DNA of 63,125 nt, filler included, from Nemertoderma westbladi (Eukaryota > Animalia > Xenacoelomorpha): the NCBI GenBank assembly GCA_032718475.1. It is 3 parts of 3 records of this genome, joined end to end, with 100 filler letters (N's around TTAATTAATTAA, not from the genome) between each part and the next. Parts side by side here need not be neighbours in the genome. Positions count along the whole stretch, not along the records: positions 31,407 to 57,420 come from JAUCBJ010002764.1; 2 more parts are not named here. One strand, given 5' to 3'. Position 1 is the first letter of the stretch; each line of letters starts with the position of its first letter. This document shows, one piece after another, positions 36,955 to 49,507 of this stretch. The notes beneath the pieces were generated by a model, which saw only the letters and a list, made by a program, of their open reading frames with translations, ran no database searches and was not told the DNA's origin. The position numbers and the translations under genes are program-made.

Positions 36955-38612
36955 TCGCTACCTCCGACGGGACTACCCACCTACTAATGGTCGAGTGGTT
37001 ATACTCACGACGCAACCACTCCCTAAGGGCACTGTAGAGCTCCTTAGCAAAGGACCGCAGTTCGCATTATCGCGAAATCTCGATGAACGAACCATGCGAG
37101 ACATAGAAATCGGTATTAATCGTTATACATATGGGTCATGTTGGAAAATGGAGATAGAAAGGCAACGAGTTGAACGAGAGCATCAGGGCTATCGAAAAGG
37201 CAGCATGGCTAGCCTGTCAGATACTCACACAATTAGTAGAATTTGTACCTGGAGAATTAAAAAACACACAATATTTTATAGACAGACTTAAACAGCTACC
37301 CGCACTGGACCCCAGTGACATCATATTCTCCACAAACATTGTGGCGCTATACACTAATATCCCGGTAGATGACGCTATACAAGTAGTGACGGACTTCGCA
37401 AACTTACATAAAAATAAGATTAATATGTTTGGTCTGTCTATACCAGATTTTTATGGCTTGTTACAATTGTGCTTAGAATTTAATTATTTAGAATTTGATA
37501 TCAAATTTTATGAACAGATACTGGGACTTGGGATGGGTAACAGGTTAGCGGCCCCATTAGCTATCATACTGTATATATACACGTAACGGAGAACGGTTAT
37601 TTAAATAGTTACCACTTAACCCCGGAATGATGGTTTAGATTTCTAGAAGACGGGTGGTCGATCTGGAAACATGGGGGAAGATGAATTAAATAAATTTATG
37701 GAGTTTCTTAACGACCAGCACCCCACAATTCAATACACCATAGAACAATCATACAGCGGCATACCTTTTCTAGACGTATTCACTTCAGTAAATAACACAG
37801 GAGGCATAGATGTAGAATCATACAGAAAACCTAGCAACGCCGGAATCCTGCTTAATTACCATAGCAACCACCCACGCACAGTAGTACACAATACAAAATA
37901 CAAACAAAAACATGATTAGACGAGTCACGCAAAATAGCACTACACCAGAAGGATTAAAAAGAGGATTAAGGACAGCACAAGAATTACTAATAAAAAATGG
38001 GTACATCAAACATATTATAACACGAATGATCAATGCAAGCACACAGGGCAAACCAACCAAGACACCCAAGTTATTTCATAATAGAATCCCAATAGTCGTA
38101 CCATACGTTAATGAAGCATTATCTCGGAACATTAAAAAGGTCATACAACGGTCCCCGCTAGCAGAGACAACTACAGTAGTCTTTAAACCTGGAAGGAAAC
38201 TGAAAGAAGAACTAATTAGGTCGAGATATAGTAAACCGAAATGCCCTGCGTTACCAAGTACAGTATGTTACACCTGCAACCATGGTATAAACAACTGCTC
38301 ACAGAAAAATACCACATATAACATCCAGTGCACACAATGTAAATGGAACTACATTGGAGAAACAAGGGATGGGATTAGATATAGACTCATGAAACACAGA
38401 AACGCAGTAAGAAACGGTAATAAAGCGTGGCTAGGCCTCTTTACGAATTACTGGTTCATTGTTCATTCTGCTAACAGTCGATTGGGTAGGTAGTTTTATT
38501 GGTACGGTACTGCGGTATGTAGCTTCCCTGTTTGTAAGCAGATTCCATGCAACTTGATAAAGCCCTGTTGGGTGAAATATTATTGTAACTTTATTTATTG
38601 AAAGACTCTGTA
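36955..38612 (+). mobile_element. Degenerate Penelope-like retroelement (RT + GIY-YIG endonuclease)
   Basis: Frameshifted pieces: LLSKGPQF, ALYTNIPV, QILGLGMGNRLAAPLA, WFRFLEDGW, IPFLDV, YRKP..LNYHSNHP, YNIQCTQCKWNYIGETR..RL..H. Confidence 0.92.
38548..38587 (+). ncRNA. Minimal type I hammerhead ribozyme motif, second copy
   Basis: UGCAAC-UUGAUAA-A-GCCC-UGUU-GGGU-GAAA-UAUU-AUUGUA; one stem I mismatch relative to the 36410-36449 copy. Confidence 0.65.
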
Positions 38613-39889
38613 AATTTAATTATACGTAACGCAACATCATTGACTCATTATTTCTCTTTACCGAACCTTCAATCAAGATATAGCTGCAACAGTCACTTAG
38701 AAAATCCCCCATCCCTGCAATATTTTATCATTATGATACCACCAGTGACTTGGGCCCGCGCATACTTAACTAGGATGGATACCTTTTATCAGAATGAGAA
38801 GCCTTCAGGCGGAACTTGAAATGTTCATGCAGCACATAAAGATTTCGCGCAGCACGTGAATTATTCTCAAATCAGGTTGTTCTTGAAAAATAATAAGTTT
38901 ATGGTTGTTCCCCACAATTATTATTACCAGCTATTGTTATATCATGGTTCACATTTGTTATTACTAGTGGACAACTAGTCCATTCGACAACTGTTCAATA
39001 TATAATACAAAATTGACTAAATATCTATTAAATGTATATTAATTATATTTTTACGGACACATTGACAGAGAGGCATGAAAACAGATATCGATATCAAGAA
39101 AAATCCCAACAGCAAACTTTTCAGATAGTTTATATGCTTTTTAATATTTCGATGGACATACAGACAGACATACAGACGGAAAGCCAGCAATTACTCGAGA
39201 AGTAAAAGATATCTTAAACATTAGTATAAAGCTAAAAACTCTAGTGTTTATATTATTTAATGACTGTGTTACAAGACTTATTTTCAGTGCAGTCTATAGG
39301 AAATTGTTGCTCATTTAGCTATCAAGCAAGGTAGAGATGTGCCCTGGCTAGTCCCTTTAAAGCATTATTAGTGCCGAAACGTACCTTCTTTGGCCTCCTT
39401 GAAGGGCTAAAACACACCCTGGAGAGATGTGAATTCGATAATGAATTAACCACCAGCCAAGACTATTGGTCAATTAACAATAATTGTGTGTGTGATAATT
39501 AGCACAGCACTCAAATTTCGTTGGGTGCTAGCAAGATACCATACTGATAAAAAAGTAATAATATATATTTGTAATGCGATGTTCTTAGGTACTTACAAAT
39601 ATACCAACAATATAAAAAGGATTTTATTCATTAGATATTTTCTGCCCATACACTGAAAAATCAAGATGTAATTGTGGAATCAGTAATGAGAAAGTGTGAT
39701 ACCAGGAAACTGATTCAGTGAGTACCAGCTGGAGAAGTAACGATGTGGGGATACCAGAACTACACCACACCAGACCTCGACCTAGTAGTAGTAGTAAATA
39801 ATAAGTCATAAAAATATAATTATGATAATTATTATTAATTATTAATTAAATGTTTAACACCAAAATGTTTACAGAAATAAGTTGAATTG

Positions 39890-42447
39890 TTAATAAAAGT
39901 GAACAACCAAGCGAAATGTTCGAATTTCCATTGGATTTAATTTAAACTTAAAGTTATCCGGATTCCGGCATTCTTTGTCTATATTAGGATTTTTTCTGAG
40001 TTTTCCCGCAGATCTCCATTTCAGCCTATTCGAGTTGTTTAGCTGTTGATTCGCCCCCAGCGTTAGACATTCTACCTTTACTACTTTAAAAGTAGTAAAT
40101 AAATTTGATAAATCCACTTCTACTGGTTTTGATGAATAGGTGGGGTCCTGGGGGTATATATGTTCCAATCTGATAACTATATTGTTCAGTTTTCCATTTT
40201 CTTGTTCCAGAGAAAGTAAATTAATTTCTGATGGTAATGGCTTTATTAGCCATGATACATTTTGCTTAAATATATTTGGTTGTTTCGCCAATGTTGTGTT
40301 TAATTGTTGGAAGATGAGTAAAGGATGGTTGTAGAGAAGTTTAGCAGCTTTCTTCGATCGTATAGTTGCCTTATTCTCTTTCGAAAACCCCAGCCAATGA
40401 CGCCCACGAATTATGAGACCCTTGCCCCATTGACCAGTCTCATTAAGAGCTTCACCTACTCCTTTGGAGTCTGTATGTAACAGCCGTCGATGGAGCATCA
40501 ATTCAATAGATCCATCCTGTAAACTTGATCCCCCTTGACTTCTGTCTGTAAGAACAGTGAACCGCGTCTCTTTCCGGTGATCTTTTATGTGTATTTCTGT
40601 AGTGACTGGATAGTAATTTCCACTGACATTATTAGTATCATTACTCAGAGTAGACACTTTCTTACGCACCCTTTTGATTATTTGCCTGCCATTGGCATCT
40701 GTATAAAACGCATGCTCTGTCATCATATCCGTGTTGTATGTTGTTATAATTTCTTTACCCCATCCGTCGTCTATTGGTATTGGTCCTATTGTCCACTCGA
40801 ACTCAATGAATCTACTGTTGGCATGTAGCCGGATAACCTGACTTACCCATGAGTTAAACACTTGTCTAACTTCAGAAATTGTTTCTCCAAGGTACACCTT
40901 AATTGTGGCTGATCCGTGAGGGGGTATGTTTAAAGGAGTTATATCTTGTGGACTGAATATGTAAGCCCCTGATGGCTGACTGCTTACATTATCACCAGCA
41001 CTGCTTTTGTACCAAAAGAAAGACTGATCTAGTTTGACCAGGTTCGCTGATTCAAAATCATATATTGAAGTTAGTCTTCCTGTTGATGTGCTGAAATTGA
41101 CTCTTAGGTATTTATTTGTAATACTAACAACAGACTGTAGTTTAATAGTTGGCTTATATCCGTTGATGTAACTCTTTGAGTTCTTTAGTGAATTTGATGA
41201 AAATATGATATATGAGACAAAACCTACTGGTGGGACCTCAACATTGAAAAGCAATTCATATTTAGCAAAACCCTTTGTTCTCCTAACTTTTTTTGTAGCC
41301 ACGGACACTGGAATAATATCATGGGATATACTTGTCTTAAGGTCAGCAGTTTTAATTAGAATATCTGTGGAATTGCAAGGTATTCGTATGTTATATTGAA
41401 CTCTTTTTGCCAGTGGATTATAGGCAGTAACTGAAAACGTCGAAGAACTTTCACTTATATTACAAACACTTATATTTAAATTGTTGCAAAATAAGGAATT
41501 TGCTTTGTGTATGTTTACATAATCAGGGCCAATTCTCGATATATGGTCATATCTTGGTAATGCAGCTGTTATCAACATTTCGCATTGAGTGATTCCTTTG
41601 TATAATTTTGTTCTGTAGTCATCATCAACATGCTGTTTTGCAGTTCCAGTTATAGCATCGTGATGCTGCGATACAGCCACGGCACGGGATAATGTAAATG
41701 AATTAGCATTTTCATTACTTACAAACCCTGTCAGACTTTGTATCTGTTTGCAAGTAATCAAAATTCGGTTCGACATTCGTGCGAGTCCCTTGAATGCAGG
41801 ACGACTGGTGTAAAACCCTGTCCAATATTCATAAAAATTGGTTGTATAAGGAAAAAAATCATTGGCTTTTAATGAAGGCCATGTCATATTCTTCATATTT
41901 AATGCTTTTACATAACATGATGGTGTTGAGTAAATAATATTAATATTTGAACCTTTTTGTTGAATTTTATTCGTATATGTGATCAATTTATCTAAATTGA
42001 TAAACCATTTTAAAGCATTTTGATATTGAAAATCGTCACCCATTGTCATCATTATATGATTAGTTTTATAACTTAAACTCTTCTTCTTTATAAAATCAAT
42101 AAATGTGTTAACTCTCTCGTTAACATTGTAATCATCAAGGGTTGGATCGTCTTGGATTGGCGGGTCTGTACATTTTTCGTCATAACAGAAACCATTCGGT
42201 GGACTGTAGTGGTTATACAGGACGCCAGTAAATATATCATCAGACGACATAGGGCTATTATTATCTCTATGCCATATAAATTCTAATCTTTTGGATAATT
42301 TCCTGATAGACTTATCAAGAAATCCAATACGTGCAAAAAATAACCCATCGAATCCAAACTTAGCAAATAGTAATGCTTGCTCTTTGCTATGTCCAAATGT
42401 ATCAATGTGCCAAGCAACCTTAGGAATCCCACAATCTCCAAAGTTAT
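39890..42447 (-). CDS. MAN2B1: Lysosomal alpha-mannosidase (GH38), exon 3 (terminal, 2558 nt)
   Basis: Acceptor TTTATTTCTAG, phase 1. AWHIDTFGHS nucleophile motif, MTMGDDF, YWTGFYTSRP, QHHDAITGT, FYTDANGR, ELMLHRR, MEIRTF. Confidence 0.95.
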
Positions 42448-42601
42448 CTAGAAATAAAATAAAATGGTACATAGTACAATAAAATATATGTTTATACTAC
42501 AACCCAATATTTTATTCTTTAATTGTCAAAATAAAAAAGCAACTGACCATTAGACGTTGCATGCAATCAGTGATCAGCTGACGGCTGTCAGCTGATCAGT
42601 A

Positions 42602-42630
42602 GGTTTCGCCCCAATGGGGGCTTTCTCAAG
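42602..42630 (-). ncRNA. Truncated hammerhead-like core downstream of the GIY-YIG fragment
   Basis: CUUGAGAA-A-GCCCC-CAUU-GGGGC-GAAACC; the 3' strand of stem I is missing. Confidence 0.6.
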
Positions 42631-42715
42631 TAGCTAGTGCTAGAAAGGAGACAATAGATAGAAGTTCCCAAGGGAGACGGGACGGTAAAGTGAAACAAGG
42701 TAGAAGTGTATCCGT

Positions 42716-43060
42716 CTAACCACTGGGAAGCAGCACCTCAAACTTGCGCCAATCACGTTTCTGCTTGTTAATAGCTGGCTGGCGAGTGCGTATATAAAAC
42801 ATTTCTAGTTTTTGCAGGACAGGACGCAAAGGGTGCCGTGCAATAACCTTGAAGTGTTTGAACAATTCTCGCCAGTCGGTCAACCAACATGTGTTGGGCT
42901 CCCCGCTGTGCGTCATGATATGGTTGTGAACTGTCTTGCCTTGTTCACTACCATCATTGGCCGACCCGTCTTGATGCTGTCTAACGCGTTCAAATAAGTG
43001 TTGGATGGTATGTCCAACATATTCCCCCTTACAAGAGGGACAAGCAAATGAATACACAAC
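42716..43060 (-). mobile_element. Penelope-like element 3' fragment (GIY-YIG endonuclease)
   Basis: YSFACPSCKGEYVGHTIQHLFERVRQH...LEMFYIRTRQPAINKQ. Confidence 0.88.
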
Positions 43061-44269
43061 GTTAGAAGCCAGAATATCCCAATAGTATTTATGTGATAAT
43101 TTAAAATTTTTTTGACAATATTATTGATAATATACATGGGTCCTTTCGAAATTGGCAAGATTTTAATTGAGAATAACTCTATCCCATATTTATGAATATT
43201 ATGATTATATTATGAATATTCATGATACTATTGTTACAAGGACAAGTATCCTTAGACATTTGAGTTACTGAAAATCATCTGTTTAATCTTGATATGGTGT
43301 TACTTACTATTGAAGATTCATCTGCAAAGTTATTATTATGATGAAATCAAACGCCATTCAGTTTGCTGGATTATTTTGCCTTACCCACCAGTGAGAGTAC
43401 TTCTAATGGAGTAGTTTTTATTGAAATAACTTACCACCAAACAAATTCACTGCTGAAGTAGTCAGTCTGCCTTGAAAATGTCCTCGAATTACCGGGCAAA
43501 AGTATAACAAATAATTGAGAGAAAAAGTTGTAGTAGAAGTAAGTTGTATTAACATATTTGCACTAATAAGATTGCTGCTTATTCATGATGTATGGTGTGC
43601 GCGAATGTAATAAATCTCAAACTTTTGCAGAAGGGGCAATATGGGATGTCTTGCAATTGCTTTGAAGTGTTTCTTCAAAGTATTATTTTCCCTTAGAAAT
43701 CATCTTATGAAGCCCCCGTCAGCTGATCACTAATTGCATGCAACTTGCTTTTTAGATTATGTTGGTTTTACATACATACTTACATAAAGACATTTTAAAT
43801 TCATTAATTCAACTGGTAGAAGTTAGAATATCTGACAAAGGCTTACTTGAAGGAGCAATTGGGTTTGTTGAGTTTATGTCGAGTTATGCGAGCTACATCT
43901 TTACTCGTCTTTGGCATGTTATATGCTTCTTTAGTACCGGTACAGGTAGCAGTAGAGCAGCTGTACCTTTTCCCTTAATGCACTATACAGAGACAGGCAC
44001 TGTTTATATTGGCAGTGTGCTGGTTGTTGATAAGTTGATAAGTGATAGTGAAAGTATAATTAAATAAATTTACCAAATATATATTTTTCTATGTTTATAA
44101 ATTTTATAAATAATATCTGATTAATAATTGCTAATGAGAGTCTGGCACACAATTGTCCAATGTGTTCGGCACACCATCCCCCTGCAAGTCGGCACACTGA
44201 TGCTCAGTAAGTCTGTTTTCCCGATGCACAACCATACGTCCCATGCCCAACCCACCAGTCAATCTCAAT

Positions 44270-45370
44270 GATAGTGCTGGATGATGCCGATGAGGATGAT
44301 GCCTCTTCGGCAGGTACATTGAATGGGATCCATGAGTGGTGGTCTGAGCTCCTCCGCCTGGGTTCCAGCATTGGCTATAACCCTGAGTCAATGAAGAGCT
44401 ACCTCATCATCAAACCAGGGTTGGAAGCCGAGGCCAAGGCGATGTTTTGTTCAAGCAGGCTTCGCATTGCAAATGTACACTGCTTTTTTGGAGGTTACAT
44501 TAGGGTCGATGATGATCTGAGGGAGTTAGTAGCAAACAAAGTTGCTGCATGGTTTGACATAGACAAGTCGCAAAGGATTTCCCCCAGACAGCACATGGGT
44601 TGTCCCAATGTGTGAAAGCAGAATGTGAGTACTTGCTGAAAGTTGTCCAAACTGCTTTTGAGGAGATAATGCCGATCCAGACAGTGCTAATCTCAGGGTT
44701 CACTTCCACACTATTCTGAAGTCCACTCAGCTAAGAAGTCCACTCTCCTGGCACGCCTCAGAGGCATTGGGCTGTGGGATCCAATCATGCGCTAGAGTCC
44801 AGCATGCATCACATGCATGCCATGCAGCATCACAGGAGGGGATGGCAGTAATAATCCGTGAGGTAAACTAAGAACAGTTCTCGCAGAGAGCCGCAAGACC
44901 CAGGGTCCAGTCTATAGAGAGAATCAGGAGGTGCCTTTAGCATCACTACCACCTAACTGACGGAGTACTGCAACTCGAGCAATCCTCAACAAGATTGGCG
45001 AATGGTTGACTGCCTAAACCATCATCCTCGATGCCACCGATTTCATTCCAGGTGAGTTCCGGGACAACCTGGCTCTCCAGTATGGCCTCATTACACCGGG
45101 TCTTCCAGTGAGAGGCGAGGGCTGTGGGGGACATGCGGGCTGAATTGGTAGCGCGGGGGTCTGCGCAAATCAGAGAGATTGGCCCACTTCCATCCAGGCC
45201 AACCGTTGCATTCTACCGCAGCATAGTCAGCTGATGTATCTGCTCTACCGAGCCATCTTCAATGACCAGAGGATGATGTTTACTCCTCTGGTCTGCACCA
45301 CAGATGGTATGTAGTGCACCAAGGCTCAAATACTGATCCACCATCATACAGAGACCCTCGTGGCTTGTTG
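44270..45370 (+). mobile_element. Degenerate RLE-type non-LTR retrotransposon (CRE-like)
   Basis: EDDASSAG..EWWSELLRLGSSIGYNP..KSYLIIKP, RGIGLWDP, GEFRDNLALQY, FTPLVCTTDGM; many frameshifts and stops. Confidence 0.65.
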
Positions 45371-45717
45371 GGAAGGTTGTGAGTAAGGCACATCACGTGT
45401 TTGTTGTGGGGCATGCGTCGGCGACTGCACTTCGCGCTTCTCCAATCTTGCTCCTTCTGCCTTTGAGGCAGTCTTCGAGTGCGAGTCTGTGTGGGGTGGG
45501 GTTGGCCGATGAGTAATAACTCCAGATCCATAATTGTTGCTTTCTTTGTTTAAACGTTAAAATGGAACGACACGCCGTCTTAAGGGGATTTTGGAACATT
45601 ATGATTTTATGAGTTAACTTTCTTTGTTGTCCACTGTCTGAATGTGCAGTCAATTTGGATTTGTTTTGATCTGGAATGTCTGATTGTATGAGGATAAGTT
45701 CAAAGGTTACCTGTGAT

Positions 45718-45905
45718 CTTGGATCCGGTAGTCAAGCTTGCCTTATCATAAAGGAAAGTCATGGGCAGCATTGAATGGGCCTTTCCAGATTGGTAAGTCA
45801 CAGAATACATCGGAAACTAAACGTAAGGCCGATTATTTAGAGCAGCAGTATAACTAATACTCCTTTATCGGAGTCACTGCTGAGGACACCAATTTATGTG
45901 GAACT
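45718..45905 (+). mobile_element. Short degenerate RTE fragment
   Basis: Similar to the WIR..GKAW..LFRAAV..LLYG region of 33927-34983. Confidence 0.6.
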
Positions 45906-46361
45906 CATTTAGATAAATATTAGGAGGCGACATGACGTCAATTCCTGCTTAGTCTACGGAGATCAAGCGATGAGGTTGAGGGATCATCCACTTCAGCGAG
46001 TATCATGGTGGTAAACATGTCCGCACCAGTCAATCCTGCTCCAGTCCCGCACCACATTTTGTAGCAATAAATAAATTACTCAGGATCTATATGTTATTCA
46101 TTTCTTTCTATATTTGCCTTGCTGCGAGAAGAATGCATCAAAGAAATTGCACCACAACAACGCCCTATAACCCATGACTTACACGAGGTGATCCGAATCT
46201 TCAAGGGACTTACATGTGCAAAATTATGCTTGTCCCTCATCAAGAAGAATGTAACAAACTTATTATCATACTGTTTTTCCTTTCAGGATTGACATTTTGT
46301 GTAATATAATGTGGTAATAATGTAATCACAATATTACAATATTCCGCCGACGCTTGCTTAA

Positions 46362-47251
46362 GGGGGGGGGGGGGGGGGGGGTAGCACCCCCTTATTTTGC
46401 AAATTAACATAAAAGTTTTTTGTTCTATCATGTGCCAAATTTAATGGAGATGTCAAATCTGCAAGCAGTTTTCTCATATCTTTTCTCAAACTCAAGTTAT
46501 TACCCAAAACGTAAGAGCTGGTCTGAGTTTTAAAAAGCCTTCAAGCAGCACTATATATTACAATTGTAAGGGGCCCTTTTCATAAAAAAGACTCTCACGT
46601 TACAGATATGAATAAAGTTGTTTTACTAGTTATATGTTTAGCAAGCATGAAAAATTTCGTTGAATTTCATTCATTTTTAACAAAGTTATTGTTGAACATA
46701 GAAAAATGGTATTATCTAAAATAGCGGGAAGGTTTGAATTGTTCCTTAAACTTTAAACACCCATATCTCAGAATGACGTTTTTTCATGAAAAGGGCTATT
46801 TCTCCGCCAGTTTTAAATAAAATGAGTTGAAATTTGGTACACTTGTTAAGATTACCCTTCTCCAAACTTCTTCTGAACAAATTTGGTTGGAAAGGCCCTG
46901 GAGCCTTTTTATATCAAAAAGGCCCAAAAAACTTTTTGTTCTAAAAAGGCTCCGGAGCATTTGTGGCAAAATTTGTTCAGGAGAATTGGATGCAGGGTTC
47001 TTTTGAACCCATATTTCAAATTTCAACAAATTTCAACAAATATTGGTGGAGAAATAGCCTTTGGCGCAAAAAGGCACTTTTGGCCATTACGGAGCCATTT
47101 TGGGGCCAATTTTAAAAATATTTGGTTTGGTTATTCTCAAACAGTCCAGACGATGTTTAGTAGCTCAAAAAATAATTTTCACCCCATTTTATGGTCCAGA
47201 GACACAAAAATGTGAGGTTCAATTTGGGGGTGCTACCCCCCCCCCCCCCCC
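46362..47251. mobile_element. Non-autonomous TTAA-specific element with G-rich ends (Kolobok-like), 890 bp
   Basis: TTAA-G(n)TAGCACCCC ... GGGGTGCTA-C(n)-TTAA. Confidence 0.8.
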
Positions 47252-47681
47252 TTAACTCTAATTTTTTCATATGTAATACTTACACCTTTTTAAGGGGGTG
47301 CACCATTTTCGGACAACTCTTCAATTTATCACTCTCAGCGTTTCAAAATTGTTTGGTTTTGGCTATAATTTGGAATATAGGTACCTAAGATGCTATTCTA
47401 CATGACAGGTCAGAAAAATTATTTTTTTGCTATTTAATATTAGTTAACAATAAAAAAACTTGGTTGCGCTTAAAAAACCTAAGGCTTTTACAGTTTTGAA
47501 TCTATTCACATGAAAGTTTTTTTTATATTATATGATAGATGATAATTAAAGATGGGGCAACATAACAGGCGAAATTTTGTGAAAATAATTACGCGATTCC
47601 TCAATTTGTACGCTGCCCGGTTAAACAAAGTACGCATGTGATGGGATTAGTCCTGCAATACAATTGCGATAATGAAAGATA

Positions 47682-48046
47682 AGTTATTTTGGTAAAATAT
47701 ACACATAAACATACAAACTTTTTAGTGTAGTTATTGGTAAAATAAACACATAAACATACAAACTTTATAGTGTAGTTATCGGTAAAATAAACCATAAACA
47801 TACAAATTTTTTAGTGTAGTTATTGGTAAAATAAACACATAACATACAAACTTTTTAGTGTAGTTATTGGTAAAATAAACACATAAACATACAAACTTTT
47901 TAGTGTAGTTATTGGTAAAATAAACCATAAACATACAAACTTTTTAGTGTAGTAGTTATTGGTAAAATAAACCATAAACATACAAACTTTTTAGTGTAGT
48001 TATTTGTAAAATAAACACATAAACATACAAACTTTTTAGTGTAGTT
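47682..48046. repeat. ~45-bp tandem array (~8 copies) overlapping the MAN2B1 exon 2 donor
   Basis: Minus-strand unit ACTACACTAAAAA|GTTTGTATGTTTATGTGTTTATTTTACCAATA. Confidence 0.93.
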
Positions 48047-48232
48047 AATCCGAGTGTCATCTGATGGATTATAGCAGAATAATGCGTACAGGCTTCATCG
48101 TTCATTGTCCATCCACCATTGGCAAATTCCAACTGTCCTTGTGAAACTAACTTACGAACTCTGGATTTCATCACAATGTTTTGATTGTTCCACCATCTCC
48201 AGAAGAATGCTACTTCAACAAAAATAAACCTC
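48033..48232 (-). CDS. MAN2B1: Lysosomal alpha-mannosidase, exon 2
   Basis: Acceptor [48 protein letters not shown]. 200 nt, phase 2 to 1, donor GTTTGT. Confidence 0.9.
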
Positions 48233-49247
48233 CTGAAAAAAATTTTAATTGCTATTTAATGAAATAAAAGAACACAATTCTTTGTAATATTTATAACTAG
48301 AGATCTAATAATACCAGCAGTTTTTATTGGGAAAATGAACACGTCAGCGAAATAGTAAAAACACATTTAAAAGTACCGTGTACTTGGAGAAAATATACAG
48401 TTATATTTAATAATTTTTAACAAAGTTCTTTAAGGGTGAAATATTCTGATGTTGGAGAGGTGATTTTGTAGATTAGGCCTATATATTGAAGCAAATAGTG
48501 GAGCAAATTTACCGTAAGTCTTAAAAGTGATCTACAGCGCAAATTGACTGGAAGTACAATGTGTATTTTATTTATTGTTTCCCATAATCCCGTAAACTCC
48601 ACTACTGTAATGTGTTCCTTCTCAGTTTTCAATGAAATTAAACTAATTTTTTTGAAACCCTCTTAACACTTAGTTGTTTGCTGTCATTTTGCGCCATTAA
48701 CTCTATTCAAAGGTAATAAATACATGATCTTCGCGTTCTACGTCATTGTTCCTGACACCAATTTTTGCAAACCAAATATTTTAGAGGCAAATTGATTTGG
48801 TTTCTGAGATTGACTGGTATTTTTAGGGTGCTGTTCATGTTAGGCGCTGGACCCAAATAATTATCGATGTTTCGAATTAGTAATCGAAATATCGTGTTTC
48901 GTGGCCTCAATCATATTTAGACAACTCATTACTTCAACTTCTTATTACATAGCATTACTTTGGAAAAAAAAATAAACTTGTTCACCCATTTAACCTTTAC
49001 GGAAAAAATATGATATATTAATTTAGTCTTTCAAATACACTAATTGGAGTTTGGATGGACCAAAAATGGGGAAGTCAGACATTAATAAAATATTAATCAG
49101 CTAGTATCTTTTATAAATTGGGATACATTTTTAACCTTGAGTTCCTAGCGTACTTACAGTGAATTTCATGTGAAAAAATGATTCGCATTTCATAAAGGAT
49201 ACTAGCTGATTTACTAAATGCGACGCTCATTATGTGTCTTTCCTCAC

Positions 49248-49507
49248 CTTTTAATGTTTTTTTCTAATTCGTCAACTACAGTATCTAGAATGTACTGCAC
49301 TCCAGCTTGCTGTATAGTGTCATTGGCACCGTAATAGTACTGATCCACAGTCTTCAACCAACCTACATCATCGTGACTGTGAGGTACCAAGTGCACATTT
49401 ATCATGTCGTTTTTCCACTCATTGCATGAGGTATAACCACATCCATTGCACGAAATCACCAGAAACAATAATGGCAGTAATATTGGAATTACAGTTTTTC
49501 GTGTCAT
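49248..49507 (-). CDS. MAN2B1: Lysosomal alpha-mannosidase, exon 1 (signal peptide + Zn-binding motif)
   Basis: Hydrophobic leader, NVHLVPHSHDDVGWLKTVDQYY, QAGVQYILD; donor AG|GTGAG, phase 2. Joined CDS is 3018 nt = 1005 aa. Confidence 0.93.

Larger units (their letters stand above)
42556..43744. mobile_element. Segment bounded by 29-bp inverted repeats, containing a Penelope fragment
   Basis: GTTGCATGCAATCAGTGATCAGCTGACGG at 42556 and its near-inverse ending at 43744; no clear TSD. Confidence 0.6.

Noticed and set aside
39340-39400. GCCGAAACGT as a possible hammerhead half
   Set aside because: No upstream CUGANGA/UUGANAA core or matching stems.
42448-42472. MYHFILFL as the start of an 860-aa mannosidase
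   Set aside because: This is the intron polypyrimidine tract; the true N-terminus is in exons at 49507 and 48232.
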